Below, piece after piece: positions 19,172 to 28,238 of a DNA stretch of 64,000 nt. The notes below the pieces were generated by a model. The model was not told the origin of the DNA, did no database searches, and saw only the letters and a program-made list of their open reading frames with translations. The translations under genes and the position numbers were made by a program. The DNA is from Candidatus Saccharimonadia bacterium (GTDB taxonomy: Bacteria > Patescibacteriota > Saccharimonadia > Saccharimonadales > 2-12-FULL-41-12): assembly GCA_963717365.1 (NCBI GenBank), contig OY970327.1, positions 139,599 through 203,598 of the forward strand. The letters are read 5' to 3'. The number at the start of each line of letters is the position of its first letter. Within the stretch, counting starts at the first letter, position 1.

Positions 19172-19201
19172 TTGACTAAATAGTACTAATTATGATATAA
19201 T
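19172..19201 (+). promoter_or_regulatory. Sigma70-like promoter facing block C
   Basis: TTGACT, 18-nt spacer, TATAAT, ending 4 nt before the GC-rich DNA starts. Confidence 0.45.
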
Positions 19202-19241
19202 CTTGCCGTGCACCACTGTCCAACAAACAAGGGAGAAGCAC

Positions 19242-19700
19242 ATGTCGGAGCATCAGAGGCACTGCCCAGATTGCGGCACGCCCATGCAGAAGTACAAGGA
19301 ACGCGGTGAGACGGTGGATCGCTGCCCGCGCGATGGCATCATCGTGCTGGATCACGGCGAACTGCCGCGGATCATCGCGTCCGTCGCCAGCCAGCCCGGC
19401 TTCCGCCCGCCGCCCCCGCAGCAGGTGAAGCGACGCCCGTTCCGAGGTCTCGGCGCCGGTGTGTTCCACCACAGCTCGTCCTCGGACAAGCACTCGAGTG
19501 GCCATCACGCGCAGGTGTTCCACCACCACAGCTCGTCGGGCCACCAGGTCCATCACGCGCCGGTGTTCCACCACGTCACCTCGGACCACCACGGTCACCA
19601 CGGCTCGCACCACCACAAGTCCCACGACAGCATCTTCGAGGACATCTTCGAGGGCTCGGAGGACGACGGCGGCGGCTGGGAGGACTCGGGCGACGAGTAG
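19242..19700 (+). CDS. Zinc-ribbon (zf-TFIIB-like) protein with His-rich, acidic C-terminus, block C
   Basis: CPDCGTPM...DRCPRDGIIVLDHGEL, then repeated VFHH/HHxxSS/HGHHGSHHHKSH. gggaga RBS. Confidence 0.6.
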   Translation: MSEHQRHCPDCGTPMQKYKERGETVDRCPRDGIIVLDHGELPRIIASVASQPGFRPPPPQQVKRRPFRGLGAGVFHHSSSSDKHSSGHHAQVFHHHSSSGHQVHHAPVFHHVTSDHHGHHGSHHHKSHDSIFEDIFEGSEDDGGGWEDSGDE

Positions 19701-19731
19701 CGACGCAGGCAACAGCCTGATACTCCGCGCA

Positions 19732-19771
19732 GGGGGCACCAGATTGAGTGGTAACACTCGCTGGTGCCCCC
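19732..19771 (+). terminator. GC-rich hairpin without U-tract (high-GC-style terminator)
   Basis: gggggcaccag-(18 nt)-ctggtgccccc. Confidence 0.5.
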
Positions 19772-19848
19772 ATCGGAGGTAAGAAAAGTAAAATTTGTTG
19801 TCCTAAATTGACTCCCAACACATTTTTTACAATTCTTACCTCCACATA

Positions 19849-19899
19849 TGCCTTCATGAATGTGTATTCATGCTGATGAGTCCTAAAGGACGAAAGGCA
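19849..19899 (+). ncRNA. Type III hammerhead ribozyme HHR3
   Basis: UGCC-UU|CAUGAAU-GUGU-AUUCAUG-CUGAUGA-GUCC-UAAA-GGAC-GAA-A-GGCA. Predicted cleavage after 19854. Confidence 0.85.
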
Positions 19900-20011
19900 A
19901 TGTAAAAACTTTTTAAAACATGCTACTACATCAAATTGATTTAATCCGCTCATGCTTGCAATCTATACAAGCCAGGTGTTAAATATTCTTTTAAAAGGGA
20001 CAGCTACACGT

Positions 20012-20440
20012 ATGGCAAATTATGAAGTAACTGATTGTAAATCGATATATAAAATCGTGGAAGTGGCATATACCGATGGACTCGAAGGTAGCTACGAAAC
20101 ACCCCAAGAGACAACCGTATACAAAGTGGAGCCACCGTTTAATCCTGGCGAAGGTTTTACAAAACTGGCACTCGGTGCGTTCTCGTTAGTAACTACATAC
20201 CGTGGGTGCCCTGAGTTCACTCATCTGGCCACAACAGACGAGGCAACCTATTTTGTCTATCGAAACACCGAAGATAGGCCGACACTTCGGATCCTAAGCG
20301 ATAGTTTTCATCTGCAATTAAGTGAATTGCTCGGAAAAGTTAGCAATGATGACCATAAAATGAATACCCTTAGTCTTGCTACGATCGCCGCAAGCAGTGA
20401 AGTTAGTAACGGACGTCCACATATCTCTAGACGTTTCTAA
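20012..20440 (+). CDS. Hypothetical protein (low GC)
   Basis: ORF. ATG at 20012 preferred over the upstream start. Confidence 0.4.
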   Translation: MANYEVTDCKSIYKIVEVAYTDGLEGSYETPQETTVYKVEPPFNPGEGFTKLALGAFSLVTTYRGCPEFTHLATTDEATYFVYRNTEDRPTLRILSDSFHLQLSELLGKVSNDDHKMNTLSLATIAASSEVSNGRPHISRRF

Positions 20441-20506
20441 GTAACAATTCTATATTGACCGTAACAGTTAATAACTTATACTTTATGGTAACTAATAAGG
20501 ATTATT

Positions 20507-21133
20507 ATGGATCAAGATTTTAATAGACAAAAAGCAACGCCTTCAAGCGATGAACCGCCGAAGTATACTCCAGAATCTGCAGTAACCCCTTCCGTACCGC
20601 CCTCAAAGTCAAAATTTTCTGCAACACCAAAATCTAGTCGGCGAAAGGTTTTTGCAATAGTTATAAGCATAACGGTCCTTCTGGCATTAGTTGTTGCAGT
20701 CGCAAGTCTTGTTATGGCAAATAATAAAGCTGACAAGGCTCTCCTGACTGCACAGACAACTAAGTCAGAAGACTTGGAAAAACGCTTGTTGGCCATTGAG
20801 GAAGCAGAAGCCTATAGCGAGAAACAGATCAACCAGAACCAGAATCAGGCGGTATTCCTAGAAGGCGGCCAGGTTTACTTTGGCAAAATTACCGAAATTA
20901 CCAAAGATACCATGAAACTCAAGGATATTTACTATCTTAAAACCGGATCGGTTGATAAAACTGGAAATGTAGTTGGTGGCGCTGATGTCAGCTTAGTAAA
21001 ACTAGGCAATGAATTACATGGACCGGAAGATGCTATGATTATCGAGCGTAAAAATGTGACATTTTGGGAGAATTTGAAGGACGACGGGGAAGTATCCAAG
21101 GCGATTGCTGAATATAAAAAAGCCGGTAGGTAA
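20507..21133 (+). CDS. Membrane-anchored hypothetical protein (low GC)
   Basis: 208 aa with a single TM segment after a Pro/Ser-rich N-terminus. Confidence 0.5.
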   Translation: MDQDFNRQKATPSSDEPPKYTPESAVTPSVPPSKSKFSATPKSSRRKVFAIVISITVLLALVVAVASLVMANNKADKALLTAQTTKSEDLEKRLLAIEEAEAYSEKQINQNQNQAVFLEGGQVYFGKITEITKDTMKLKDIYYLKTGSVDKTGNVVGGADVSLVKLGNELHGPEDAMIIERKNVTFWENLKDDGEVSKAIAEYKKAGR

Positions 21134-21382
21134 TTCGTTAAAATATTTCAAGAATTTTTACAATAATAATTACTTTCACATAAGCATTTTACCCTTGTTA
21201 ACCTATATTTTATTAGCATATAAACATTTCATGTAATTATGTAGCTTTAACAACAAAAAACTGTTAAAATTTTATTAGCTCTCAGAAGCTAGAGGTGAGA
21301 CCTAGTTAACTCCTTGGTTTGTAATTCCTTGAGTGGAAGTATCTGAGTGCACATTAACACTCTAGTCGATTGGAGATCGACG

Positions 21383-22417
21383 ATGATGGCTAACGCCAAC
21401 ATTCCGCAGTTCCCGGTGAACGTGTTCACCCAGCGTGGCGAAACGGTCTACTCGCTCGTCATGAGCGCAAGCGACCTGGCGAAGTACGCCCGAGTCGAGC
21501 GGTACGAAGACACGTCTGACGGCGTCAATCGCAAGCTTGACGAGCGGCACGCCATGAGGATCGCCGAGTACATGCTCGAGCCCAAGGCTGTCATGTTGGA
21601 CGCCATCTGCGGCGACCTGCGTGGCGACTGGCAGATCATCAACAACATGCTGGTCGGCGACGAGGACTCCTACCTGTCGATCGACGATGGCCAGCACCGG
21701 TGGTGGGCAGTAACCAACCTGTTGGTCCCGGAAGAGCGTTCGCGGTGGTCATTCCCGACCGTTGCGACGATGGGTCTCGACTACGAGACTCGCATGGCCA
21801 TCTTCCTGCAGCAGTCGCAGCGGAAGTCGGTCGACAGCAAGCTCAGCCTGGCCATGAAGCACGAACTGGGTCGCTGGAACAACGATGCCGAGCGCGAGTC
21901 CTACACCCTCCTGCTGGCGCTGAACTCCGAGACTGGCTCGCCCCTCCAGGGCAAGATCATCCTCGGAGAGACGCTCCGGCGTTCCTACGAGTCCAGGTAC
22001 CGTCCCGAGGGCATTAACGCCAACGGACTGTGGAACACGCTTCGGTCCGTCATGGGCTCGAAGTCGCCACTGGCGCAGCTGTCCATGGAGAAGCGGATCG
22101 AAGTCGTCCGCAACATCATCTGGGTGGCAAAGGAGACGTGGCCAAAGGACTGGGAGTCTGACCACAGCATCCTGACGACAGCACGGGGGATCAACTCGAT
22201 CATCACGATGATCAGACGGAGGCCGTCGGAGTTCCAGGTCGCCATCAACAACGACTTCAGCATCGACAACCTGCGTCGCGTGTTCCGCTACGCCAAGTCG
22301 TTCAAGTGGCACGCCAACGAGCACAAGAACGCCAGCGACAAGACCATCACCGAGGCGCTCGACAAGGCCATCGGTGCCGGTATGAGGCGTGACAGAAGCG
22401 TTCAGCTCGTCGCGTAA
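21383..22417 (+). CDS. DGQHR-domain (DndB-like, ParB/Srx-fold) protein, block D
   Basis: Literal DGQHRWWA motif. ggaga RBS before ATGATG. Confidence 0.7.
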   Translation: MMANANIPQFPVNVFTQRGETVYSLVMSASDLAKYARVERYEDTSDGVNRKLDERHAMRIAEYMLEPKAVMLDAICGDLRGDWQIINNMLVGDEDSYLSIDDGQHRWWAVTNLLVPEERSRWSFPTVATMGLDYETRMAIFLQQSQRKSVDSKLSLAMKHELGRWNNDAERESYTLLLALNSETGSPLQGKIILGETLRRSYESRYRPEGINANGLWNTLRSVMGSKSPLAQLSMEKRIEVVRNIIWVAKETWPKDWESDHSILTTARGINSIITMIRRRPSEFQVAINNDFSIDNLRRVFRYAKSFKWHANEHKNASDKTITEALDKAIGAGMRRDRSVQLVA

Positions 22418-22495
22418 TCCCAAACGCACTAGTACGGCACCTTCCTTCACGGATGAAGTAAGGTGTCTGTACTAGGGCATGAAAGAGGTAACTCT

Positions 22496-23800
22496 ATGGA
22501 GGAAACCAACGGAAAGGTGATGGCACGAAACTGGTTCTACCAGGATTACCTGCCATCCATCTTGAGCCCGCGGTCGCTTCGCGCGAGTAACTACCTCGTT
22601 CTACTTGGGGAAGACTTTCGCGAACTGCCGCTCTTTGAAGAGCTGGAGGTCCCACTGTACCGGATTTTCTCGGTAGAGAATGACCAAAAGATCTTCGCTC
22701 GTCAGCGTGCTCACGCTCGCCGCGAGGAACTGGATGTAGTCCTGCATCACGGTGCGCTCTCTGAGTACATCCAGGACTACCTCATGACCGACCACCGGAT
22801 CTCGGTGTTCAACCTAGATATCTGTGGCTCATACTTGAAGGGGATTGACCCAGTTCTTGGGAAACTCCTGCTGTTTGCCCGGCGCAATCCGAGCACAATT
22901 ATGGCCACCTACTCGAGCGCCGCCCGAGATCGTCCGCAGCTCATGGAAGGGCTGAAATCACTCGTGGTACTTCTCTGGCTTGCTCCGGAGGTGATCGACC
23001 GCTTGGTACGGCATCTGTACAGCCAGTATCGGACGGCGTCACTTTCGGATAGAGAACGGAGCAGGGACGAAGTCAGCGTCAATATGCTGCTTCGGCACCT
23101 GTTCTGGATGAGAAGTCACATGGAACACATCCTTGTCGGATCGTATACGTTGGGCATGACGTCCTACGAAACGCTCTGCCGGGTGATGACAGACCAGAAT
23201 AAGGTCTGGGAGGAGTTCCTGGCGGACGCCACATTCCCGTTGACGTACGAAGCGGTTGTGGAATGGATCCTGAGAAAGAAAGAACCCGATCTCAGGAAGG
23301 TCAGGATGGATGTCTCCTTCGGGGACGTGCAATTCCTGACCTATGCCGCCAATAGCGGTTTCTACCAGAACTGCTACTTCGCCACCTACGAGCATGACGG
23401 GTCAACCCTGTCGCTCAGTAACTGGCTGGTCGAATCGGCCAAGAACCTCCGTACCAACCGCATTGTCATCGTTGACACTAACGGTGAGCAGTACCCGACG
23501 ACCTTTGGTCGGATTGCGGTTGACACCGACAAAGCGGTGCTCTGGAGCAAGAATGATCTGACATCCGACCTACGTAATGTGGCAATTCCGCCTTCCTCCG
23601 TTCAGGAGCGCGTGGCAGATGAGTCACAAAACGGAGTGTCGAATGACATCATGGAGCTGACACCCGAAACGATCGAGCAGATTCATAAGCTCGCCCGTCT
23701 TGGACTGAACTCCAGGGAAATTAGCGAGAAACTCTCGCTGAAGCTTCCGATGCCACGGATCACTGCCCAGGTCGCTCTGGCCCGGAGAAAATCTCCATAG
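22496..23800 (+). CDS. Hypothetical partner protein with C-terminal HTH, block D
   Basis: About 434 aa. C-terminus IEQIHKLARLGLNSREISEKLSL resembles an HTH. The start could instead be 22463. Confidence 0.55.
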   Translation: MEETNGKVMARNWFYQDYLPSILSPRSLRASNYLVLLGEDFRELPLFEELEVPLYRIFSVENDQKIFARQRAHARREELDVVLHHGALSEYIQDYLMTDHRISVFNLDICGSYLKGIDPVLGKLLLFARRNPSTIMATYSSAARDRPQLMEGLKSLVVLLWLAPEVIDRLVRHLYSQYRTASLSDRERSRDEVSVNMLLRHLFWMRSHMEHILVGSYTLGMTSYETLCRVMTDQNKVWEEFLADATFPLTYEAVVEWILRKKEPDLRKVRMDVSFGDVQFLTYAANSGFYQNCYFATYEHDGSTLSLSNWLVESAKNLRTNRIVIVDTNGEQYPTTFGRIAVDTDKAVLWSKNDLTSDLRNVAIPPSSVQERVADESQNGVSNDIMELTPETIEQIHKLARLGLNSREISEKLSLKLPMPRITAQVALARRKSP

Positions 23801-23930
23801 ACAGGAGGTGTTAAGAAAACCCGCTACCCGTAACGGAAGCAACAAGGCACAAAGGGGCAAATGAGGACATGCCTACAACCTCCCGGGTGGAACAAGTTGA
23901 GCTATACGCTCCTTTTCCATCCGGTCCCTC

Positions 23931-23983
23931 GAATTTCGTAAAGTGTGTACTTTACCTGATGAGTCCAAAAGGACGAAAAATTC
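23931..23983 (+). ncRNA. Type III hammerhead ribozyme HHR4
   Basis: GAAUU-UC|GUAAAGU-GUGU-ACUUUAC-CUGAUGA-GUCC-AAAA-GGAC-GAA-A-AAUUC. Predicted cleavage after 23937. Confidence 0.85.
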
Positions 23984-24023
23984 CGCCCCAAGAAGCTTTT
24001 ACTATTACATCTATACTATACTA

Positions 24024-24052
24024 TTGACAATATAACTAAAATTTGCTATAAT
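24024..24052 (+). promoter_or_regulatory. Consensus sigma70 promoter
   Basis: TTGACA, 17-nt spacer, TATAAT, 40 nt after HHR4. Confidence 0.55.
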
Positions 24053-24159
24053 TATCAAATAAATCGCTCATGTTTATAGCGGGGCCTTTTAATGCAAGTT
24101 ATAATACATAGCGAAGGTATATATGAAATATAAATCCTTCAACAGAGTAAAACACCTAA

Positions 24160-26961
24160 ATGAATTTTGATCGTACCATTATGACCAACAGGGGTAAACC
24201 AGAACCAACCAATCGTGACGAAGAAATGGTGGTTCTTTTGTTGCAAGTCCCTCGTACGAACGACAAGAAAGAGCTGGCAGCCGAACAAATGTTTGCGTCG
24301 CTCCACGGCCTGTTAATGTTTCCGCCGCAAAAAAGATTCCAGGGTGCTAAGCGGGTACGTATTAGTTTTGAAATTGCCGTGCTACAAAAACGAATCGGCT
24401 TTTATGTTTGCGTTCCACAGTATCTTAAAGGCTTTGTAGAAGAGCAAATTTATGCGCAGTATCCAACCGTTCAAATTTCTGAAGTTATAGACTACTCTGT
24501 ACCAAACCAAGCCCACCAAAGCCGAACGCTTATGTCCGAGATGCGCCTGTCTAATAACGACGCTCTCCCAATAAAAACCTTCCAGAGTTTTGAAGTTGAC
24601 CCGCTTGCAGCCATCACTGCCACCTTGGCAAAATTTGAAGCCGGCGAAGAAGCCTGGATTCAATTAGTAATCCAGCCAGCTTCGAAGAACTGGCATAAAA
24701 AAAGCGAACGCTACATTGGTGGCTTACGCGAATCATCCGGCGGTACATCTTCCAAGGGACTTATTGCTGCACTATGGGCTCCACCGGAATACACTGCTTC
24801 TGGTTCAACAGCTGCAAAGCTAACCGAATATGAACAGTCACGAGCTAAAGGCGCCGAAGATAAAAGCCATAAACTATCGTTTGAAGCATCACTACGAATT
24901 GTCTATAAAGGTAACGTATCTCCGGATGAAGCTCGGTTGCGTCTTCAATCAATTGCGGCCAGCTTTAAGCAGTTCAATACCACTTATTTGAACGGTTTTG
25001 AACAAGGACGAATTAGCGAAGACTCAGCGGCATTATTACAGTATCAGGAACGCAAGTTAAACAAACGTCCTAACATCCTTAATATTGAAGAAATTGCTAC
25101 CTTATATCACTTACCCCACACTACCGTGGAAACCCCGTATATCTTATGGGCCTTGAGCCAGACGGCTGAGCCGCCGGCCAACCTGCCAATAGTGACAGAA
25201 AGCAATAAGGCCGACATTAGCCCTATTGCAGTTGCTAATTTCCGCGGCCATAACACCGCTTTTGGCATGCCGCGGTCTGATAGGGGACGTCACTTGTATA
25301 TCCTTGGACAGACCGGTGTTGGTAAGTCGGGTATGTTGGAACTACTGACTATTGCCGATATCGATAGTCCGTACGGCTTTGCCGTTATTGACCCTCACGG
25401 CGACTACGCTATTAATATTTTAAAACGCATTCCAGCGTCTCGTGCTAAAGATGTAATTTATTTCAACCCGTCTGATATGGACTTTCCAATTGCCTTTAAC
25501 CCAATGGAAGTATCAGATCCCAAGTTGCGCACTCACACCGTATCTGAGCTGATTGGCGTTTTAAAGCGTATGTTTGAGTCATGGGGACCACGCCTAGAAT
25601 ACATCCTGCGTTATAGTCTCTTGGCACTGCTCGAATATCCAAATGCTACTATGCTGGACATCACTAAGATCCTAACTGATAAAAACTTCCGCAAAGAAGT
25701 CCTAACTTACGTAAAAGATCCCGTAGTATATAACTTCTGGACGGTAGAGTTTGCCTCATGGAATGATAAGTTTGCCGCTGAAGCAGTTGCGCCAGTTTTG
25801 AATAAAGTCGGTGCCTTTACGGCCAACCCGATTATCCGCAATATTATCGGTCAGCCAAAAAGTAGCTTTAATATCCGTCAAATTATGGATGAACGCAAAA
25901 TCTTGATTGTAAACTTAAGCAGAGGACTGATTGGCGAAGACAATGCAGGACTACTGGGAGCACTACTTGTTACCAAGATCCAACTAGCAGCCATGAGCCG
26001 AGCCGATATCCCGGTAGAGGAACGTACCCCGTTCTACTTATATGTGGACGAATTTCAACATTTTGCTACCGACAGCTTTGCCACTATTTTGAGCGAGGCC
26101 CGAAAATACGGTCTTAACTTAACCGTGGCAAACCAATATATTGCCCAGATGTCCCAAGAAGTTAAAGATGCCGTCTTTGGCAACGTCGGCTCGATGATTG
26201 CCTTCCGTATGGGCGCCGATGATGCCCGCGGCATGCTGAAATACTTCGAACCAAAATTCCTGGAATACGACCTAGTACACATGCACAACCGCCACTTTGT
26301 TATTAATATGACCATTAATGGTGAAAAAACCCAAGCGTTCTCAGCCTTGAGTATTGACCTGCCCGACCGGCAGTTTGATGAAACGCTTACTATTATTGAT
26401 CATTCTCGCTCACAATACGCCCTGCATCGTGGTTCAGTAGAAGATCATATTGGCGGCCGCTATCTGCTTGAAAATAAACCTGCACCTGCCAAAATTACCG
26501 CGCAAGCTGGCACACCTGCGCCTAAGTCGGCGGCAACACGTAAAACGGTCGCCGCACAAAGCGAAGTTGCGCGTAAACCGGAAAGTCCTCAATCCGCTGC
26601 GCCGAAACTCGCCGAAACAAGTAAACCTCAAAAATCGTTAACAAACACCATCACCCTCAAAATGAAAGGCGCTGTTGCCAGTATGGGTCATGCCGCCTTA
26701 ATGAAGCCGACCGCCCTAAAACCTGCTATTAAGCCCAATCCCGTGATTGACGTTGTATCGGCTGAAACGGCAGTTGCAGAAGTTGCCGCCAAGCCGACCG
26801 ACATTGTTAAGCCGGAAATTCCAGTTCAAAAAGCAGCAACTCAACCCATCTCTGACGCCGAGCCAGCTCCTGAGAAAAAAAAGCGCAAACGAACCAGGCG
26901 AAAGAAAAAGAACTTTCAAAGTCTGGAAAATGACACTGAACATGTCATCTTCACAAGATAA
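24160..26961 (+). CDS. VirD4/TraD-like (type IV secretion coupling / DUF87-type) P-loop ATPase
   Basis: Walker A GQTGVGKSG, Walker B LYVDEFQHF, ARKYGLNLTVANQ. Low-complexity Ala/Pro/Lys tail. Confidence 0.6.
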   Translation: MNFDRTIMTNRGKPEPTNRDEEMVVLLLQVPRTNDKKELAAEQMFASLHGLLMFPPQKRFQGAKRVRISFEIAVLQKRIGFYVCVPQYLKGFVEEQIYAQYPTVQISEVIDYSVPNQAHQSRTLMSEMRLSNNDALPIKTFQSFEVDPLAAITATLAKFEAGEEAWIQLVIQPASKNWHKKSERYIGGLRESSGGTSSKGLIAALWAPPEYTASGSTAAKLTEYEQSRAKGAEDKSHKLSFEASLRIVYKGNVSPDEARLRLQSIAASFKQFNTTYLNGFEQGRISEDSAALLQYQERKLNKRPNILNIEEIATLYHLPHTTVETPYILWALSQTAEPPANLPIVTESNKADISPIAVANFRGHNTAFGMPRSDRGRHLYILGQTGVGKSGMLELLTIADIDSPYGFAVIDPHGDYAINILKRIPASRAKDVIYFNPSDMDFPIAFNPMEVSDPKLRTHTVSELIGVLKRMFESWGPRLEYILRYSLLALLEYPNATMLDITKILTDKNFRKEVLTYVKDPVVYNFWTVEFASWNDKFAAEAVAPVLNKVGAFTANPIIRNIIGQPKSSFNIRQIMDERKILIVNLSRGLIGEDNAGLLGALLVTKIQLAAMSRADIPVEERTPFYLYVDEFQHFATDSFATILSEARKYGLNLTVANQYIAQMSQEVKDAVFGNVGSMIAFRMGADDARGMLKYFEPKFLEYDLVHMHNRHFVINMTINGEKTQAFSALSIDLPDRQFDETLTIIDHSRSQYALHRGSVEDHIGGRYLLENKPAPAKITAQAGTPAPKSAATRKTVAAQSEVARKPESPQSAAPKLAETSKPQKSLTNTITLKMKGAVASMGHAALMKPTALKPAIKPNPVIDVVSAETAVAEVAAKPTDIVKPEIPVQKAATQPISDAEPAPEKKKRKRTRRKKKNFQSLENDTEHVIFTR

Positions 26962-27012
26962 CTCCATTGAAGTAATTGCGTTATAAAATTATATATGGTA
27001 TAATACACTTCT

Positions 27013-28218
27013 ATGCTTAGTAAATACTTTGACCGCGACCGGCGACCAGAAATTAACCGCGAACTTGAGCCCTATACAAATATGGCGGCCGATGCTGAAG
27101 TTGAGCAGAGACTTGATGCTATGCAGCAGGATCTAGAGCTATCAAACCGTAATTTATTAACTTCAAACGACCGCTATCAAGCCAGTGCCTGTTATCTGTC
27201 ATTAGCTCGTAATAAACATATCTTGATGGCTACTATTGCTGGGCGCGTTACTACCGAAGACGGTAATAAAGAACTCCGCAGCGAACCCCACAAAAAACAA
27301 ACAATAATTCAGTTTATGACCCAAGGCTTTCAATCAAGCCGTGACAGCTTGGAATTTGTAGATGAAATAGAAGGGCAGCCCGGTTTTAAGTTTAATGACG
27401 GTCACATGCAGGGAATTAGGACGGTTGCTTCATTGCAGTGGCCACCTGCCGAACAGATGCCCAAACAGGCTATCATTGGCATCGCCGAGGCAGCCGATAT
27501 TATTACCGCTCACGTCGCCACTCAATTTGGTGAACTTACTAAATCAAACTCTGTGCCAAACGACTTTAGAATGGCACTCAGAAAGCAAGTAGACCCGCTG
27601 CTGGCGCAGGTTAATGCCAAAGCCAAAGCTATTGAACGATCAACTGGCGGTATGCTTGACCGGATTGATTCCGCCGCGATACTCAAAGGTATATATGATG
27701 ATGCAAAACAAGCAATTATAAAATTAGATGAAATTACCGTTTGGGCCACCGCTCCAAAACTATATGACCGCCGCTTTGAACTTAGAAATCCGCTTGATGA
27801 AGTGAACCCTAATAAAAAATCGTTTGACGCGTCAGCTCTTGGCGGCCCGGTAGTACGTCAGCATACGCATCTATACATTACACCTAACCCAGTACCGGCG
27901 GCCCCGCCAAAGCCCAAAGCCAGGCCATTTAATGCCGCTGCGCTGCAGGCTGCCACACCGCTAACACCGCCAATTGAAACACGGGTTACCCGGCCATTTA
28001 ATCCTAGCATTCTCTCCACTCCTCCAACACCAAAAGCGCCCGTTTCTCAAAAAACAGCCGGTAGGCAGTTCAGTCTTGATAGTTTAGCTCCCAAACCACC
28101 GAAAGCTTCGCCGCCAAAACCGGTAAGACGCGAATTTAGTAACGAAGACCTAGGTCCAGCACAGCCGCCAAAGCCTGCCAGAAAAACATTTGATCCTGAG
28201 CATCTGAACAAGAACTAA
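27013..28218 (+). CDS. Hypothetical protein with Pro-rich C-terminal repeats
   Basis: 401 aa. Repeated PPKP...[RK]xF motifs. Confidence 0.5.
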   Translation: MLSKYFDRDRRPEINRELEPYTNMAADAEVEQRLDAMQQDLELSNRNLLTSNDRYQASACYLSLARNKHILMATIAGRVTTEDGNKELRSEPHKKQTIIQFMTQGFQSSRDSLEFVDEIEGQPGFKFNDGHMQGIRTVASLQWPPAEQMPKQAIIGIAEAADIITAHVATQFGELTKSNSVPNDFRMALRKQVDPLLAQVNAKAKAIERSTGGMLDRIDSAAILKGIYDDAKQAIIKLDEITVWATAPKLYDRRFELRNPLDEVNPNKKSFDASALGGPVVRQHTHLYITPNPVPAAPPKPKARPFNAAALQAATPLTPPIETRVTRPFNPSILSTPPTPKAPVSQKTAGRQFSLDSLAPKPPKASPPKPVRREFSNEDLGPAQPPKPARKTFDPEHLNKN

Positions 28219-28238
28219 GAATCTAAGCAATAAAAAAT

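Noticed and set aside
19176-19953. ORFs 19176-19757 (-), 19459-19782 (+) and 19576-19953 (-)
   Set aside because: These are alternative frames or strands of the His-rich gene. Their compositions (poly-Arg/Thr/Val) are frame artefacts of the repetitive GC-rich sequence.
21362-22450. Antisense ORFs 21749-22450 (233 aa), 21362-21697 and others opposite the DGQHR gene
   Set aside because: These are shadow ORFs. The plus-strand frame carries the DGQHR motif and an RBS.
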